Part shown: positions 33,106-43,658 of the stretch, piece after piece | How the letters are laid out: each line of letters starts with the position of its first letter | Position numbering within the stretch: the first letter of the stretch is position 1 | From: Nostoc sp. | GTDB lineage: Bacteria; Cyanobacteriota; Cyanobacteriia; Cyanobacteriales; Nostocaceae | Direction: 5' to 3' | Assembly: GCA_036918135.1 (NCBI GenBank) | Contig: JBALDB010000062.1 | Location: forward strand, 1-64,000 | DNA: 64,000 nt | Notes under the pieces: generated by a model | What the model saw: the letters and a program-made list of their open reading frames with translations, nothing else | The model's database searches: none | Told to the model about the DNA's origin: nothing | Program-made: the position numbers and the translations under genes

Positions 33106-33227
33106 GTGATATCTAGGAAAAGTCAAATAATTTGGAAACCCATGCCTGTCCTATACGAACGGTCTTTTTGCTCATCGAAATTTAGAGGTAATCTTATTAC
33201 CTTTACTTATTGATATTGAACTATTTT

Positions 33228-34775
33228 TTAGGAATGTATATTTTTAGCAATTTGCAGGGCTTGTGCTAATAATTGTTCGCTTTTATCTTTTTGTTGTATT
33301 TTTGTGTATTCAATAGCGATCGCAGTTATCATCCTAACTTTATCATCGCGGTTTTTAAAAGTTTGAGTAAATTCATGTGCTTGCGATAATACCTGCGCTG
33401 CTTTAGCTGATGGTTCTACCTGAGTAGCCTGAGCAACAATTTTAGGCAAAGCTAAGGCTTTGTCAGAGTCAAAATCAACATTCTCTTTAAGTACTTTAAA
33501 AGCTTGCTCATATTGCCTCTTTGCTCCGTAATCAATAGCCAAATTAGTCCATGCTCTGGATTTGTAAAGAAAAGGTTTATCAAGTTCCTTGAGTACTTTA
33601 AAAGCTTGCTCGTATTGACTCTTTTTTGCATACTGAAAGGCAAGTACACCCAACGCTTCGCTTTTATTGTTAGTAAGCTTTATTTTTTGGATAACTTGCA
33701 AGGCTTGCTCATTTCGTCCTGCTACCGCACACTTATTAGCAATTGCAGTAAACACATCTGGATAAGTACCGCCAGCAATTAAACCATCAGGCGTGATATA
33801 TAAAGCCTCTTTGTATACTCTAGAACCAGGGTAATCAATAGTTTTGGCAGTCTCAATGGCTTCGTTGAATTGTCCTATTTGTGCATAAGAAATGGCGATT
33901 TTAGTCAAATAATTATTTTTATAAAAAATTACATCATCTTTTGGATTTCTGACTTTTTGCAGAGCTTGATTTAACAACTGCTCTGCTTTGTATTTCTCTC
34001 CAACTTGTCCATACTTCACAGCCATTTCAGCGATATTGTCTGGAGCTTTTACATTTTGTAAAGCTTGCGCTAGCAATTGCAATGCCTTTGCTTTTTGTCC
34101 AATTTGTGGATATTTGAGTGCAATTTCAGCTATTTCATCGCTGGTTTTAGCTTTTTGAAGTGCTTGCGCTAATATCTGTTGTGCTTGAGCCTTCTGCCCA
34201 ATTTGTGCATACTTAACTGCAACTTCAGACATTACTGTAGATTGAGAAATTATGATAATGCTACCTTCGTTGAGGCTATCTTCCGGAGTTAAACGTGTAT
34301 AATCTATTAATTCGGCAACTTCAAGGGCTTTTTCATATTGCCCTACTTGTGCTAACTGAGTAGTAATATATTTCAAGTCAATAGTTGCATATGAGGTTAG
34401 TAGTTGGTATTCCTGAAGAGATTTTGCTACTTCAAGTGCTTTATCATATTGTCCCATTTCTACATAAATAATTCCCAACTGCTCCAATAAGTCGCTTTTG
34501 ATATGAATAGACTGATTTATTTTGGCAGTCTGAATAGCTGGGGCTAATAACTTCGAGACTTTATCTTGTTGTCCTAATTTTGCGTATCCGGCAGCTATTT
34601 TAGCTAAAAGTTCTGCTTGGACTGGTTGCCTACCATTATTTTCCTCGTAAATAGCAACTTCAGCCACAGGTTTTACTTGTACTTGTCGATCGGTACTAGT
34701 TTCATCAAGTACAGGTTTACAAGCTGCACCCAATGTAATTAGTAATCCTGCAATGGTCAGTTTTTTGAGTTGCAT
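33228..34775 (-). CDS. TPR-repeat putative lipoprotein
   Basis: Signal peptide with LGAAC lipobox and repeated YAQIGQ..KA..LLAQAL helices. Confidence 0.8.
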   Translation of the reverse strand: MQLKKLTIAGLLITLGAACKPVLDETSTDRQVQVKPVAEVAIYEENNGRQPVQAELLAKIAAGYAKLGQQDKVSKLLAPAIQTAKINQSIHIKSDLLEQLGIIYVEMGQYDKALEVAKSLQEYQLLTSYATIDLKYITTQLAQVGQYEKALEVAELIDYTRLTPEDSLNEGSIIIISQSTVMSEVAVKYAQIGQKAQAQQILAQALQKAKTSDEIAEIALKYPQIGQKAKALQLLAQALQNVKAPDNIAEMAVKYGQVGEKYKAEQLLNQALQKVRNPKDDVIFYKNNYLTKIAISYAQIGQFNEAIETAKTIDYPGSRVYKEALYITPDGLIAGGTYPDVFTAIANKCAVAGRNEQALQVIQKIKLTNNKSEALGVLAFQYAKKSQYEQAFKVLKELDKPFLYKSRAWTNLAIDYGAKRQYEQAFKVLKENVDFDSDKALALPKIVAQATQVEPSAKAAQVLSQAHEFTQTFKNRDDKVRMITAIAIEYTKIQQKDKSEQLLAQALQIAKNIHS

Positions 34776-34840
34776 CGGCTTTTTAACCTCAAACTGATAG
34801 ACCTCACGTGTAAATCATTTCTCCTTTGAGACAGCCAGTG

Positions 34841-35479
34841 TTATTCTATAGAACTTTCCAATACCGTTAACAAACTTTTCAACATTAAATAAGCAGAAGT
34901 CCCTCCCGGATCTTGATGTCCAACACTCCGTTCTCCCAAATAACTAGCCCGTCCTTTTTTCGCCTGCATTAGTATAGTTTCCTGCAACCCCCTTTCGGCA
35001 GCTGCTACAGCCTGTTGCATAGCTTCCACAGTATTCTGATTTTCTCCTAGAGCCTGCCGAAAAGCCGCTACACCCGGAGATAGTACATCCACCATTGTTT
35101 TATCCCCTAGCTGGGCTTTACCACGTTGCAGTATACCGTCTAAACCCGCTTGTAATAGCTCTAACATATTTTGTTCTGTTAATTCATGCTTAAGAGCTAC
35201 TGCTGTACTGGCTCGCAAAAACCAAGTACCGTAAAGAGGGCCACTAGCACCGCCAATAGAAGAAATCAAAGTCATACTCACGGTTTTGAGAATGCTACCG
35301 ATGTCCTTGTCTGCAACACTGGGTAATTGAACGCTTACCTTTTTAAACCCGCGATCCATATTTATCCCGTGGTCGGCATCTCCGATCGCCGCATCTAATT
35401 CTGTTAAATATGTTTTATTTTGCTCTATTTCTAATGCAAATGCCTGCAACCATTGTAAAATCTGCGCCTGAGTCACCAT
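34841..35479 (-). CDS. dhaL: dihydroxyacetone kinase subunit L
   Basis: LDAAIGDADHG, GGASGPLYG, GDKTMVD and GRASYLGERS motifs. Confidence 0.93.
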   Translation of the reverse strand: MVTQAQILQWLQAFALEIEQNKTYLTELDAAIGDADHGINMDRGFKKVSVQLPSVADKDIGSILKTVSMTLISSIGGASGPLYGTWFLRASTAVALKHELTEQNMLELLQAGLDGILQRGKAQLGDKTMVDVLSPGVAAFRQALGENQNTVEAMQQAVAAAERGLQETILMQAKKGRASYLGERSVGHQDPGGTSAYLMLKSLLTVLESSIE

Positions 35480-35506
35480 ATCAAAATAATTCGTAATTCG
35501 TAATTA

Positions 35507-36580
35507 TTAAATTCCCCAGCGCCAAGTTGGCGTTTTTACTGGTGCATCCCATAGCCGCAGCATTTCATCATCTAATTTCAGCAGGGTAATGGAACAACCT
35601 TGCATTTCTAAAGATGTAATATAAGAGCCAATCAAGTTTCGTACGATTTGCAATCCTTGTTGTTGGCAGATTTGGGCGAGTTTGCGGTAAACAAGATACA
35701 ATTCCGAAACCGGAGTTCCACCCATTCCATTGACAAAAGCTAACAAGCGATCGCCTTTTACAAATGGTGGATCGATTAGTTCCACATCTGCCCATTCTCC
35801 TTTGTCTTCATCCCACTCGCGCACTGTGCGAGTGTATGCTGTATCTTCAATGAGCGATCGCGTCAAAATTTCGGTAATCTCATTTACTGATTTGAAAGTT
35901 ATACGTCTTCTTCCCGGTTCACCGTGAATACCGATACCTAATTCGATATCGCCATCGCCTAATTCAAATATCGGCGTTCCTTTAGCAGGGGTTGTACAGG
36001 ATGTCAGAGCAATTCCCATACTCCGCCCATGCAAATTTACCCGACGACATAAATTTGCTAACTGTAGCAAATCGTACCCCTCTTCCGCTGCTGCACCACA
36101 AATTTTTTCTGCCAGTACTGTTGTTCCGACACCTCGTCGTCCTTGGGTATAAAGGCTGTCCTTGACTGCTACATCGTCATCAATCAAAATATTTAGCACT
36201 CGGATGTCTTCAGCACGGGCTAACTCCGTTGCCATTTCAAAGTTCATCACATCGCCACTATAATTTTTGACGATATAAAGGATACCAGCCCCTCCATCTA
36301 CTTGCTTGGCTGCTTCTAGCATTTGGTCAGGGGTAGGTGAAGTGAAAACTTCCCCAGGACAAGCCGCATCAAGCATTCCTCTGCCCACGAAGCCAGCGTG
36401 CATCGGTTCGTGACCGCTACCCCCGCCAGAAATAATTGCTACCTTACCTTGTACAGGTGCATCACTGCGATAGACAAAAGTAGGATTAAAGTTGACTTTA
36501 ATTAAATCAGAATGAGCGACTGCCATACCTTCTAGACTTTCGCGTACAAAGTCTTCCGGTTTGTTGATCAGTTTTTTCAT
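35507..36580 (-). CDS. dhaK: dihydroxyacetone kinase subunit K
   Basis: [21 protein letters not shown] and GIHGEPG motifs. Confidence 0.95.
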   Translation of the reverse strand: MKKLINKPEDFVRESLEGMAVAHSDLIKVNFNPTFVYRSDAPVQGKVAIISGGGSGHEPMHAGFVGRGMLDAACPGEVFTSPTPDQMLEAAKQVDGGAGILYIVKNYSGDVMNFEMATELARAEDIRVLNILIDDDVAVKDSLYTQGRRGVGTTVLAEKICGAAAEEGYDLLQLANLCRRVNLHGRSMGIALTSCTTPAKGTPIFELGDGDIELGIGIHGEPGRRRITFKSVNEITEILTRSLIEDTAYTRTVREWDEDKGEWADVELIDPPFVKGDRLLAFVNGMGGTPVSELYLVYRKLAQICQQQGLQIVRNLIGSYITSLEMQGCSITLLKLDDEMLRLWDAPVKTPTWRWGI

Positions 36581-36646
36581 GGTTTGGTCACTTCTGACAA
36601 AGAGGAATTGAAATTAGTTAATTAACCAGAGAAACATTATTTATAG

Positions 36647-37174
36647 TTAAGTCTTCTTTACCACTCGTTGTTGATATTCCTGTTCAGTAATCATATCAAG
36701 AGTATTCTCTAAGCGGTCTACAAATACGATGCCGTCGAGGTGGTCATATTCGTGTTGAAAAATCCGAGCGACGAAATCGCTTAATTCTTGCTTTTGGAGA
36801 TTGCCAAGGCGATCGCTGTATTCCACTTCAATACTTTTATACCGAGGAACTAACCCCCTAATTCCTGGAACGCTCAAACAACCTTCCCAATCTTTGACAA
36901 CTTCAGTCGAGTGAGCAACGATTCTGGGATTAATCATGGCAGTAGGTTCCATTTCCGGCGCGTTGGGATACCTGGGATTAGGACGGGAAGCCACAATAAA
37001 TAAACGATAAGAGCGTGCAACTTGAGGCGCAGCAATTCCCACACCGTTAGCCTTGACAACGGTAGCCATTAAGTCATCGATTAATTTTTGGATATCTCGA
37101 TCTTGAATATTCTCAACCCAAGCAGCTTTTTGCCGCAGTGTTGGATTGCCTAATTGAATAATTGATTCAGACAT
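36647..37174 (-). CDS. def: peptide deformylase
   Basis: GVGIAAPQ, EGCLS and HEYDH motifs. Start placed at MSESII after an AAGGAG RBS. Confidence 0.95.
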   Translation of the reverse strand: MSESIIQLGNPTLRQKAAWVENIQDRDIQKLIDDLMATVVKANGVGIAAPQVARSYRLFIVASRPNPRYPNAPEMEPTAMINPRIVAHSTEVVKDWEGCLSVPGIRGLVPRYKSIEVEYSDRLGNLQKQELSDFVARIFQHEYDHLDGIVFVDRLENTLDMITEQEYQQRVVKKT

Positions 37175-37235
37175 GAAAAAACTCCTTTGGAAAATCGGGA
37201 GATGGGAGGACGCAAAGAAAAACAAATGACAAATT

Positions 37236-38468
37236 TTATCCTTCACGTCTTACAGGTAAAGGAGCAGGTCGAACTGCTACTTGGACAATTTGCCCGTTGC
37301 GCTCTACTTGCATCGGTAGGTTGGTACCAATTTTGCTATTTTCTACTAGCTTCTGTACTTCTTCAATTTTACTAACAGGCTGGTTATTAATGCTTTTAAT
37401 CACATCACCTGCTCGGAGTCCAGCTGCGGATGCAGGCGATCGCGGTACAATTTCAACGAGCAAAACCCCTTCATCTGCTGTTAAATTTAAGCGATCGCCT
37501 GCGATGTTTTTGATTCTTTCTTTATTTTCTGGTGTCAGTGTCACCATTTGCACACCCAAATAAGGATGATCTACCTTACCTTGAGCAATTAATTCCTGGG
37601 CAATTCTTTGCGCGGTGTTAATCGGAATCGCAAATCCCAAGCCTTGAGCGCCTCGGATAATGGCTGTGTTCATTGCAATTACTTGGCCGCGGGTATTTAG
37701 TAGTGGCCCGCCAGAATTACCAGGGTTAATGGCAGCATCGGTTTGGATGTAGTCAACCCGCTTATCACTAGCACCAATATCACTACCAGAACGACCTGTA
37801 GCACTGATAATCCCAGAAGTAACCGTATTATTCAAGCCTAAGGGGTTACCGATGGCGATTACTGGCTCTCCGGGTTGTAAGGCATCTGAGTTACCAACAG
37901 ATAGGGTTGGTAGATTATTGGCGTTAATTTTGATTACAGCTACATCTGTTACTGGGTCTTCACCCAAAACTTTACCGTTAAAAGTGCGACCATCTTTGAG
38001 TGTAACAGTTACTCTATCGGCACCATCTACTACATGGGAATTGGTCAAAATTTGACCAGAGGAATTAATGATAAATCCAGAGCCGCTACCGCGTTCTACC
38101 CGTTGTGTTGGCTGTGGCGCTGCGTCTCCAAAAAACCGCCGCAATAATGGATCGTTGAATTCTTCTGGTACACGAGAAGTGATTGTTCTGGAAGAATCAA
38201 TCCGAACCACCGCAGAACCCACATTTTGCACGACTTTTACCACAAAATTAGGATCTCCAGACGATGAAATAATTGGTGGAGGAGCAATTACCGGATTGGA
38301 AGCAATTGGCTTTTCGGCTTGAGGATCGCTTTGCTGACTCTCAAAGGTTTTGGCAGGTAAAAGAGAGCAGCTCCCCAGCAACACCATTATTGAGAGCATC
38401 CATAACCTGTGGGGCAAACCCCTGGTATTAATATTTTTGAGTGCTAAGTCATGGTTTGTTATCTTCAT
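37236..38468 (-). CDS. HhoA/HhoB/HtrA serine protease with PDZ domain
   Basis: GSGSGF, TNSHVV, GNSGGPL motifs and a C-terminal PDZ domain. Confidence 0.93.
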   Translation of the reverse strand: MKITNHDLALKNINTRGLPHRLWMLSIMVLLGSCSLLPAKTFESQQSDPQAEKPIASNPVIAPPPIISSSGDPNFVVKVVQNVGSAVVRIDSSRTITSRVPEEFNDPLLRRFFGDAAPQPTQRVERGSGSGFIINSSGQILTNSHVVDGADRVTVTLKDGRTFNGKVLGEDPVTDVAVIKINANNLPTLSVGNSDALQPGEPVIAIGNPLGLNNTVTSGIISATGRSGSDIGASDKRVDYIQTDAAINPGNSGGPLLNTRGQVIAMNTAIIRGAQGLGFAIPINTAQRIAQELIAQGKVDHPYLGVQMVTLTPENKERIKNIAGDRLNLTADEGVLLVEIVPRSPASAAGLRAGDVIKSINNQPVSKIEEVQKLVENSKIGTNLPMQVERNGQIVQVAVRPAPLPVRREG

Positions 38469-38632
38469 GTGTCGTTGCTTCTCCCTTGTCAGTCAGTGGG
38501 TGTTAGGATCTTGCCTACCGGGTATGTCCCAAAATGATTACAACTTAAAAGCTTGTTCAGGTCTAGCGTCTAGGGATGCTAAATTGGTGCTTTCTTTTCT
38601 ATTGTGACGATTAGCAGCAAAGGTGGTGGAGA

Positions 38633-40006
38633 ATGGAAATTTCCATAGAAAATCTGTGGAGTCAGGTACTAGAGCGCTTACAGCTTGAGCTATCCCGACC
38701 TACCTTTGAAACTTGGATCAAAACTACTAGTGCAGAACGATTAGAAAATAATTGCTTGGTGATACGTACTCCTAATCCATTTGCTCGTAATTGGTTACAG
38801 AAGTATTATGTCAACACCATTGCTCATGTAGTACAAGATATTTTGGGTCATCCTGTAGAAATTTACATTACTGTTGTTCAAGGTGATGAATCTCATGTTA
38901 ATGAAGCAGAGGTTGCTTGGGAATCACCAAATCCTAGCAGTATTTCTGAACCCATTTCTCATAACAACCAAAAAACTACGGAATTAAACTCTAAATATAT
39001 ATTTTCACGTTTTGTAGTTGGCGCTAATAATCGCATGGCTCATGCTGCTTCTTTAGCAGTTGCAGAATCTCCTGGAAGAGAGTTTAATCCTTTATTTTTA
39101 TGTGGTGGCGTCGGCTTGGGTAAAACTCATCTGATGCAGGCTATTGGTCACTATCGCTGGGAAATTTCTCCGAATTGTAAAATATTTTATGTTTCTACCG
39201 AGCGGTTTACCAATGATTTAATTACAGCAATTCGTAAGGATAGTATGCAAAGCTTTCGAGAGCATTATCGAGCTGCTGATGTTTTATTAGTTGATGATAT
39301 TCAGTTTCTTGAAGGCAAGGAATACACTCAAGAAGAATTTTTTCATACTTTTAATACTTTACACGAGGCAGGTAAACAAGTTGTCATTGCTTCTGACCGT
39401 CCTCCTAACCAAATTCCTAGTTTACAAGAACGTCTTTGCTCTCGGTTTTCTATGGGATTAATTGCAGATGTTCAAACACCGGATTTGGAAACGAGAATGG
39501 CGATTCTTCAGAAAAAAGCTGAGTATGAAAATATTCGTCTGCCCCGGAATGTGATTGAATATATTGCTTCTAACTATACTTCTAATATTCGAGAACTAGA
39601 AGGAGCTTTAATTCGAGCTTTGGCTTATATTTCTATTTGGGGTTTACCAATGACGGTGGAAAATATCGCCCCAGTTCTAGAGCCACCGAATGAAAAAGTG
39701 ATGGTTACCCCAGAAGCAATTTTGACAGTTGTAGCTGAGAATTTTGAAGTTTCAATCGATGATCTCAAAGGAAATTCACGACGCCGGGAAATTAGCTGGG
39801 CGCGTCAAATTGGCATGTATCTAATGCGTCAACACACCTCTTTGAGTTTGCCGAGAATTGGGGAGGAGTTCGGTGGTAAAGACCATACAACTGTGATCTA
39901 CAGTTGTGACAAAATTGCTCAACTCCAAGAGAGCGATCGCACTTTAGCACAAACACTACGCCAACTAAGCGATCGCATTAGTATGACTAGTCGCTCTCAA
40001 AAATGA
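38633..40006 (+). CDS. dnaA: chromosomal replication initiator DnaA
   Basis: [11 protein letters not shown]alker A, DDIQF and GGKDHTTV motifs. Confidence 0.98.
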   Translation: MEISIENLWSQVLERLQLELSRPTFETWIKTTSAERLENNCLVIRTPNPFARNWLQKYYVNTIAHVVQDILGHPVEIYITVVQGDESHVNEAEVAWESPNPSSISEPISHNNQKTTELNSKYIFSRFVVGANNRMAHAASLAVAESPGREFNPLFLCGGVGLGKTHLMQAIGHYRWEISPNCKIFYVSTERFTNDLITAIRKDSMQSFREHYRAADVLLVDDIQFLEGKEYTQEEFFHTFNTLHEAGKQVVIASDRPPNQIPSLQERLCSRFSMGLIADVQTPDLETRMAILQKKAEYENIRLPRNVIEYIASNYTSNIRELEGALIRALAYISIWGLPMTVENIAPVLEPPNEKVMVTPEAILTVVAENFEVSIDDLKGNSRRREISWARQIGMYLMRQHTSLSLPRIGEEFGGKDHTTVIYSCDKIAQLQESDRTLAQTLRQLSDRISMTSRSQK

Positions 40007-40089
40007 TGTCACCAGTCAAGCAAACTCAATATCTGATTTTGAGTTTTCGATTCTGTACTTTGTTAAGTTGGAGAATAGTTTATTTAAAG

Positions 40090-40374
40090 TTTTCCACAAC
40101 CATCTTCCTAAATTATTAGTCTTGAAAGCTAAATGATTGGCTAAAGATATTAACTAACGTATAAAAATTGATTAAATTTAACTTATCTTGTGGAAAAAAT
40201 CTGACTTTTTGTGGAAAAATCTGTGGAAAACTTGAGATTTTTTTGATAAAACTTAATTAAGTATAATTACCTTGTGGAAAACATGGGGTATTTTTCCACA
40301 AGTTTTCCACAGGTATTTAACTGATTGGATTCAGACTCAACACAACTTGTAACAGGTTTTCCACAATTTCCACA
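40090..40374. promoter_or_regulatory. oriC: oriC: DnaA-box cluster with AT-rich segments
   Basis: TTTTCCACA or TGTGGAAAA at 40090, 40189, 40210, 40222, 40273, 40292, 40303 and 40357, plus a one-mismatch box at 40366. Confidence 0.9.
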
Positions 40375-40564
40375 ACACTGTAGTTAGCTCAGCCACCCCC
40401 TACCCTCTGTCTTGAAAGAGATTTTAGGACTTCCCGTGAAAAGTCAGCTGCAAAACCCACCCCGTGGCTCCGGTCACGAACACAGGCATGTGCAAAGTCT
40501 CCTCTACGTGCAATGGATATCGGATTGCGTGTCAGGGGTGCCTGACCAGTATTGACAGCAAAAA

Positions 40565-40924
40565 TCAGGAGCGAAACGGGTCGATTCCGTAGTTCTTCGC
40601 CCAGGCGTTCTCCTCGCCAGCAAGAATCTCCTCGACCTTGAAGTAGCGATCCCAGAAAGGCGTCTCGCGGAGCTTCTCACAGAAAAGCTCGTAGCTCTGA
40701 TGATCCCCAGCTTCTATCATCCAGACATCAGTGATCCGTGCAGAGTAGAATTCGACATCATACCACTTCAGGCGAACCCTGTTGTGGAACTCGTCAAGGA
40801 GCGGCTGTAGGCTGTGACGACCAAGCCTGACCCGCTCCTCAATAGGAAAGCCAAGCCACTCCGGGGTTGTCTTAACCAGTATGAACACCGTCTGTGTCCG
40901 GTTGGCAGTATTTGTTTGGGACAT
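40565..40924 (-). CDS. darcynin-family protein
   Basis: VFILVKTTPEWL..R, RLKWYDVEFYSARITD and LRETPFWDRYF pattern recognised as the darcynin DUF. Start could be upstream at 40972. Confidence 0.7.
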   Translation of the reverse strand: MSQTNTANRTQTVFILVKTTPEWLGFPIEERVRLGRHSLQPLLDEFHNRVRLKWYDVEFYSARITDVWMIEAGDHQSYELFCEKLRETPFWDRYFKVEEILAGEENAWAKNYGIDPFRS

Positions 40925-41011
40925 ATTTGTTATCGCCTCTTGATTAGCAGCTAAATCTTTGGACGAACTCAACCATTACGAGGCTGGTACGCCATTTACT
41001 TCGTTAGCTCG

Positions 41012-41074
41012 ACTATAAAAAGTTTGATGAGAAAATGTCGCCTAGATTCTTGCTGGCTTCAACAGATTCTTGCT
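41012..41074 (-). promoter_or_regulatory. putative AraC-activated promoter: AGCAAGAATCT direct repeat (20-bp period) abutting the -35, with TATAGT -10
   Basis: AGATTCTTGCT at 41044-41054 and 41064-41074. On the minus strand GCGACA-N18-TATAGT follows. Confidence 0.6.
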
Positions 41075-41987
41075 ACTGGTTGAGAAACGTTTTGGGAGTG
41101 ACACCAACGATACGCTTGAAGTGATGGCTTAGATGACTAGGATTGGCAAACCCGACTTGAAAAGCGACATCAGTAACGCTTAGCTCATGCCGTAACAGCA
41201 ATTGCTTAGCACACTCTACCCGGCATTGAATCACATACTGGTGAACTGAAATTCCCATCGATTGCTTAAATAAGCGTGAGAAGTGGTATTGGCTCATGCT
41301 GACCTCGGCGGCAATTACGCTCAGGCTCAAGTTCTGGTCTAGATGTTCTTGAATGTAGGTAAGCGCTCGGTGTAGTTTGTAGTTTGGCAGTCCACCGTTA
41401 TGAGTGCGAATCGAGCCTTTGGTGACCGAATAGTGCTGTAGAAGGTGTGCTGCAATAAGGGTTGCGGCAGAATCAGCAGATAAGCGGCTGTAAACGCTAT
41501 CAGTTTCTAACACTGATTTCAGTGCTGCCCCAACTTGACAGATTAATGGATCTTGTTGGGCAAAAATTGGTATCAGCTCGACTGAAACTGGCTCGTGCGA
41601 TTCGTAGGCAATGCGGCTCACAAAGCTAGGAGCAAGGGAGATTATGGTACATTCGGCGTCAAAATCCCAGGACAAGCTGTGAGAGACATGAGCTGGGATA
41701 ATGGCAATCTCGCCCCTACCTATCTGCCTTTGCTGATAGCATCCATCAATTGTCCACTCCATACCTCGATCGCACTGAAAGTGAGGGATGTAAATTTCAT
41801 GTTCAGCATCAAGATGCTCTGGCACTTCACTAGGAGGCTGGCAGTGATATTCCAGATGAATGTCTTGCCAACCAACAGATGTACTAGAAAGCAGCGGTTC
41901 ACGAGAAAGGCGAAAAGCGTCTTCCCAAGCGCGAGCGCAAGTCCGGGCTGGCGCAGGCATCATCGAGTTAGTCTCTCTAGCATCCAT
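41073..41987 (-). CDS. AraC-family transcriptional regulator
   Basis: C-terminal double HTH: MSQYHFSRLFKQSMG and VAFQVGFANPSHLSHHFKR. Confidence 0.93.
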   Translation of the reverse strand: MDARETNSMMPAPARTCARAWEDAFRLSREPLLSSTSVGWQDIHLEYHCQPPSEVPEHLDAEHEIYIPHFQCDRGMEWTIDGCYQQRQIGRGEIAIIPAHVSHSLSWDFDAECTIISLAPSFVSRIAYESHEPVSVELIPIFAQQDPLICQVGAALKSVLETDSVYSRLSADSAATLIAAHLLQHYSVTKGSIRTHNGGLPNYKLHRALTYIQEHLDQNLSLSVIAAEVSMSQYHFSRLFKQSMGISVHQYVIQCRVECAKQLLLRHELSVTDVAFQVGFANPSHLSHHFKRIVGVTPKTFLNQ

Positions 41988-42146
41988 CTCTGATTTGACC
42001 TAAAAATTGGGATACAAGCTTCGCCTTTCTATGGCGACTTTTCTTTTAAAATTAGGTTAACAAAAGGTTATGTTACCTTAGCTACTGCTCTATAATCACC
42101 TTAAACTACTATATCTCGCGCTATTTACCGCAGTTTAAGGAAAAAA

Positions 42147-43337
42147 TTGATGAACCAGTGGTCAAGAACTTCTCAATCAATCAGACGCTTCATCAAGTTA
42201 GTTCAAACTTATACCGTCATATCTGTGCAGGCTATCAGGAAATGGAACCTGCATTCAATCAGAAGTTGGGTGCATAAGCTCTCTTTGTGGAGCTTTATTA
42301 GTTTATTTTTAATCGGAGTTAGCTTGAGTGTAGCGATAACAGCCTGTTCATCACGCAATGCAGATAACACAGGTAATGTTAATTCCACTGCCAAGGATAA
42401 TGTAAAGCTAACACTTGTTTCTTACTCAGTTACCAGTGAAGCGTATAAGCAAATTATTCCCAAATTTATAGAACAGTGGCAGAAACAACACCAACAAAAC
42501 GTCACTTTTGAGCAGAGTTATGAAGGTTCTGGTTCTCAAGCATTAGCTGTGATTGATGGCTTAGAAGCCGATGTAGTACACTTGTCACTCGACCTTGATG
42601 TTAAGAAACTAGTTCAATCAGGTTTGATTCAACAGGGTTGGGAAAAAGAAGCGCCTAATGATGCAATAGTTACTCAATCTGTAGGAGCGATCGCTATTCG
42701 TCAGGATAATCCCAAAAATATCAAAACTTGGGCTGACTTAACACAAAATCAGGTGGAATTAATTACAGCTAATCCTAAAACGTCTGGTGGCGCACGCTGG
42801 AATTTTCTTGGTCTTTGGGGTTCAGCAATCAAAACTGGCAAAAACGAAGCTCAAGCATTAAACTTCATCTCCAATGTTTATCAACACGTACCTTTGCTAC
42901 CCAAAACTGCTCGTAATGCCAGCGAACTATTCTTTAAAAAAGGTCAAGGTGATGCTTTGCTCAACTATGAAAATGAAATGATTTTATCGGCACAAAATGG
43001 TGAAAAATTTACATATGTAGTACCCGATGTCAACATTTCCATTGACAATCCTGTAGCTGTTGTAGATACAAATGTCGATAAACATGGAACTCGTTTAGTT
43101 GCAGAAGCATTTGTTAAATTTCTTTACACTCCAGATGCACAACGAGAGTTTGTCAAATTAGGATTTCGTCCTGTTGATACTACAATTGCCAAAGAAGTAG
43201 AAGGCAAATATCCGAAAATAAAAACTATTTTCAAAGCTCAAGATTTAGGAGGATGGGACGAAATTCAAAAAAAATTCTTTAATGAAGGTGCAATCTTTGA
43301 CCAAATTCAAAGTAAGATTCACTTGAAACAGGTGTAA
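42147..43337 (+). CDS. sbp: sulfate ABC transporter substrate-binding protein
   Basis: QSYEGSGSQA, NPKTSGGARW, GQGDALLNYENE and LGGWDEIQ motifs. Confidence 0.9.
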   Translation: MMNQWSRTSQSIRRFIKLVQTYTVISVQAIRKWNLHSIRSWVHKLSLWSFISLFLIGVSLSVAITACSSRNADNTGNVNSTAKDNVKLTLVSYSVTSEAYKQIIPKFIEQWQKQHQQNVTFEQSYEGSGSQALAVIDGLEADVVHLSLDLDVKKLVQSGLIQQGWEKEAPNDAIVTQSVGAIAIRQDNPKNIKTWADLTQNQVELITANPKTSGGARWNFLGLWGSAIKTGKNEAQALNFISNVYQHVPLLPKTARNASELFFKKGQGDALLNYENEMILSAQNGEKFTYVVPDVNISIDNPVAVVDTNVDKHGTRLVAEAFVKFLYTPDAQREFVKLGFRPVDTTIAKEVEGKYPKIKTIFKAQDLGGWDEIQKKFFNEGAIFDQIQSKIHLKQV

Positions 43338-43367
43338 TACAGCAGAATTCAAAATTCAGGAGTCAGG

Positions 43368-43610
43368 TGTAGGTTGGGGAGCCAGTGTGTTGCGGGGGTT
43401 CCCCCCGTTATAGCAACTAGTGTTTGAGGAACTAAACTCAACATTTTTGAGTATTTGTTATACGAGTTTGAAAAATGATTACTACACATGTAGGTTGGGG
43501 AGCCAGTGTGTTGCCGGGGTTCCCCCGTTGTAGCAACTGGCGTTTGAAAAACAAAACCCAACTTTAAGACCTTGATTTTGTTGGGTTTGGTTGCGTTCAA
43601 CCCAACCTAC
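43368..43610. repeat. two ~60-bp direct repeats (43368-43427, 43489-43547): REP-like GTAGGTTGGG end fused to a GC-hairpin repeat, closed by CCCAACCTAC
   Basis: TGTAGGTTGGGGAGCCAGTGTGTTGC..GGGGTTCCCCC..GTT.TAGCAACT occurs twice. A related CCCAACCTAC end is at about 45137-45146. Confidence 0.85.
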
Positions 43611-43658
43611 CCCTTTATTCTTATTGTTAAGATTTATTGGAACTCTTGGTAACTGTTC

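Noticed and set aside
19914..40207. AATCTGACTT shared (inverted) between the dnaN upstream region and oriC as an inversion breakpoint
   Set aside because: Only 10 bp and inside the DnaA-box cluster; expected by chance.
43349..43600. 83-aa ORF
   Set aside because: It lies entirely on dispersed repeats.
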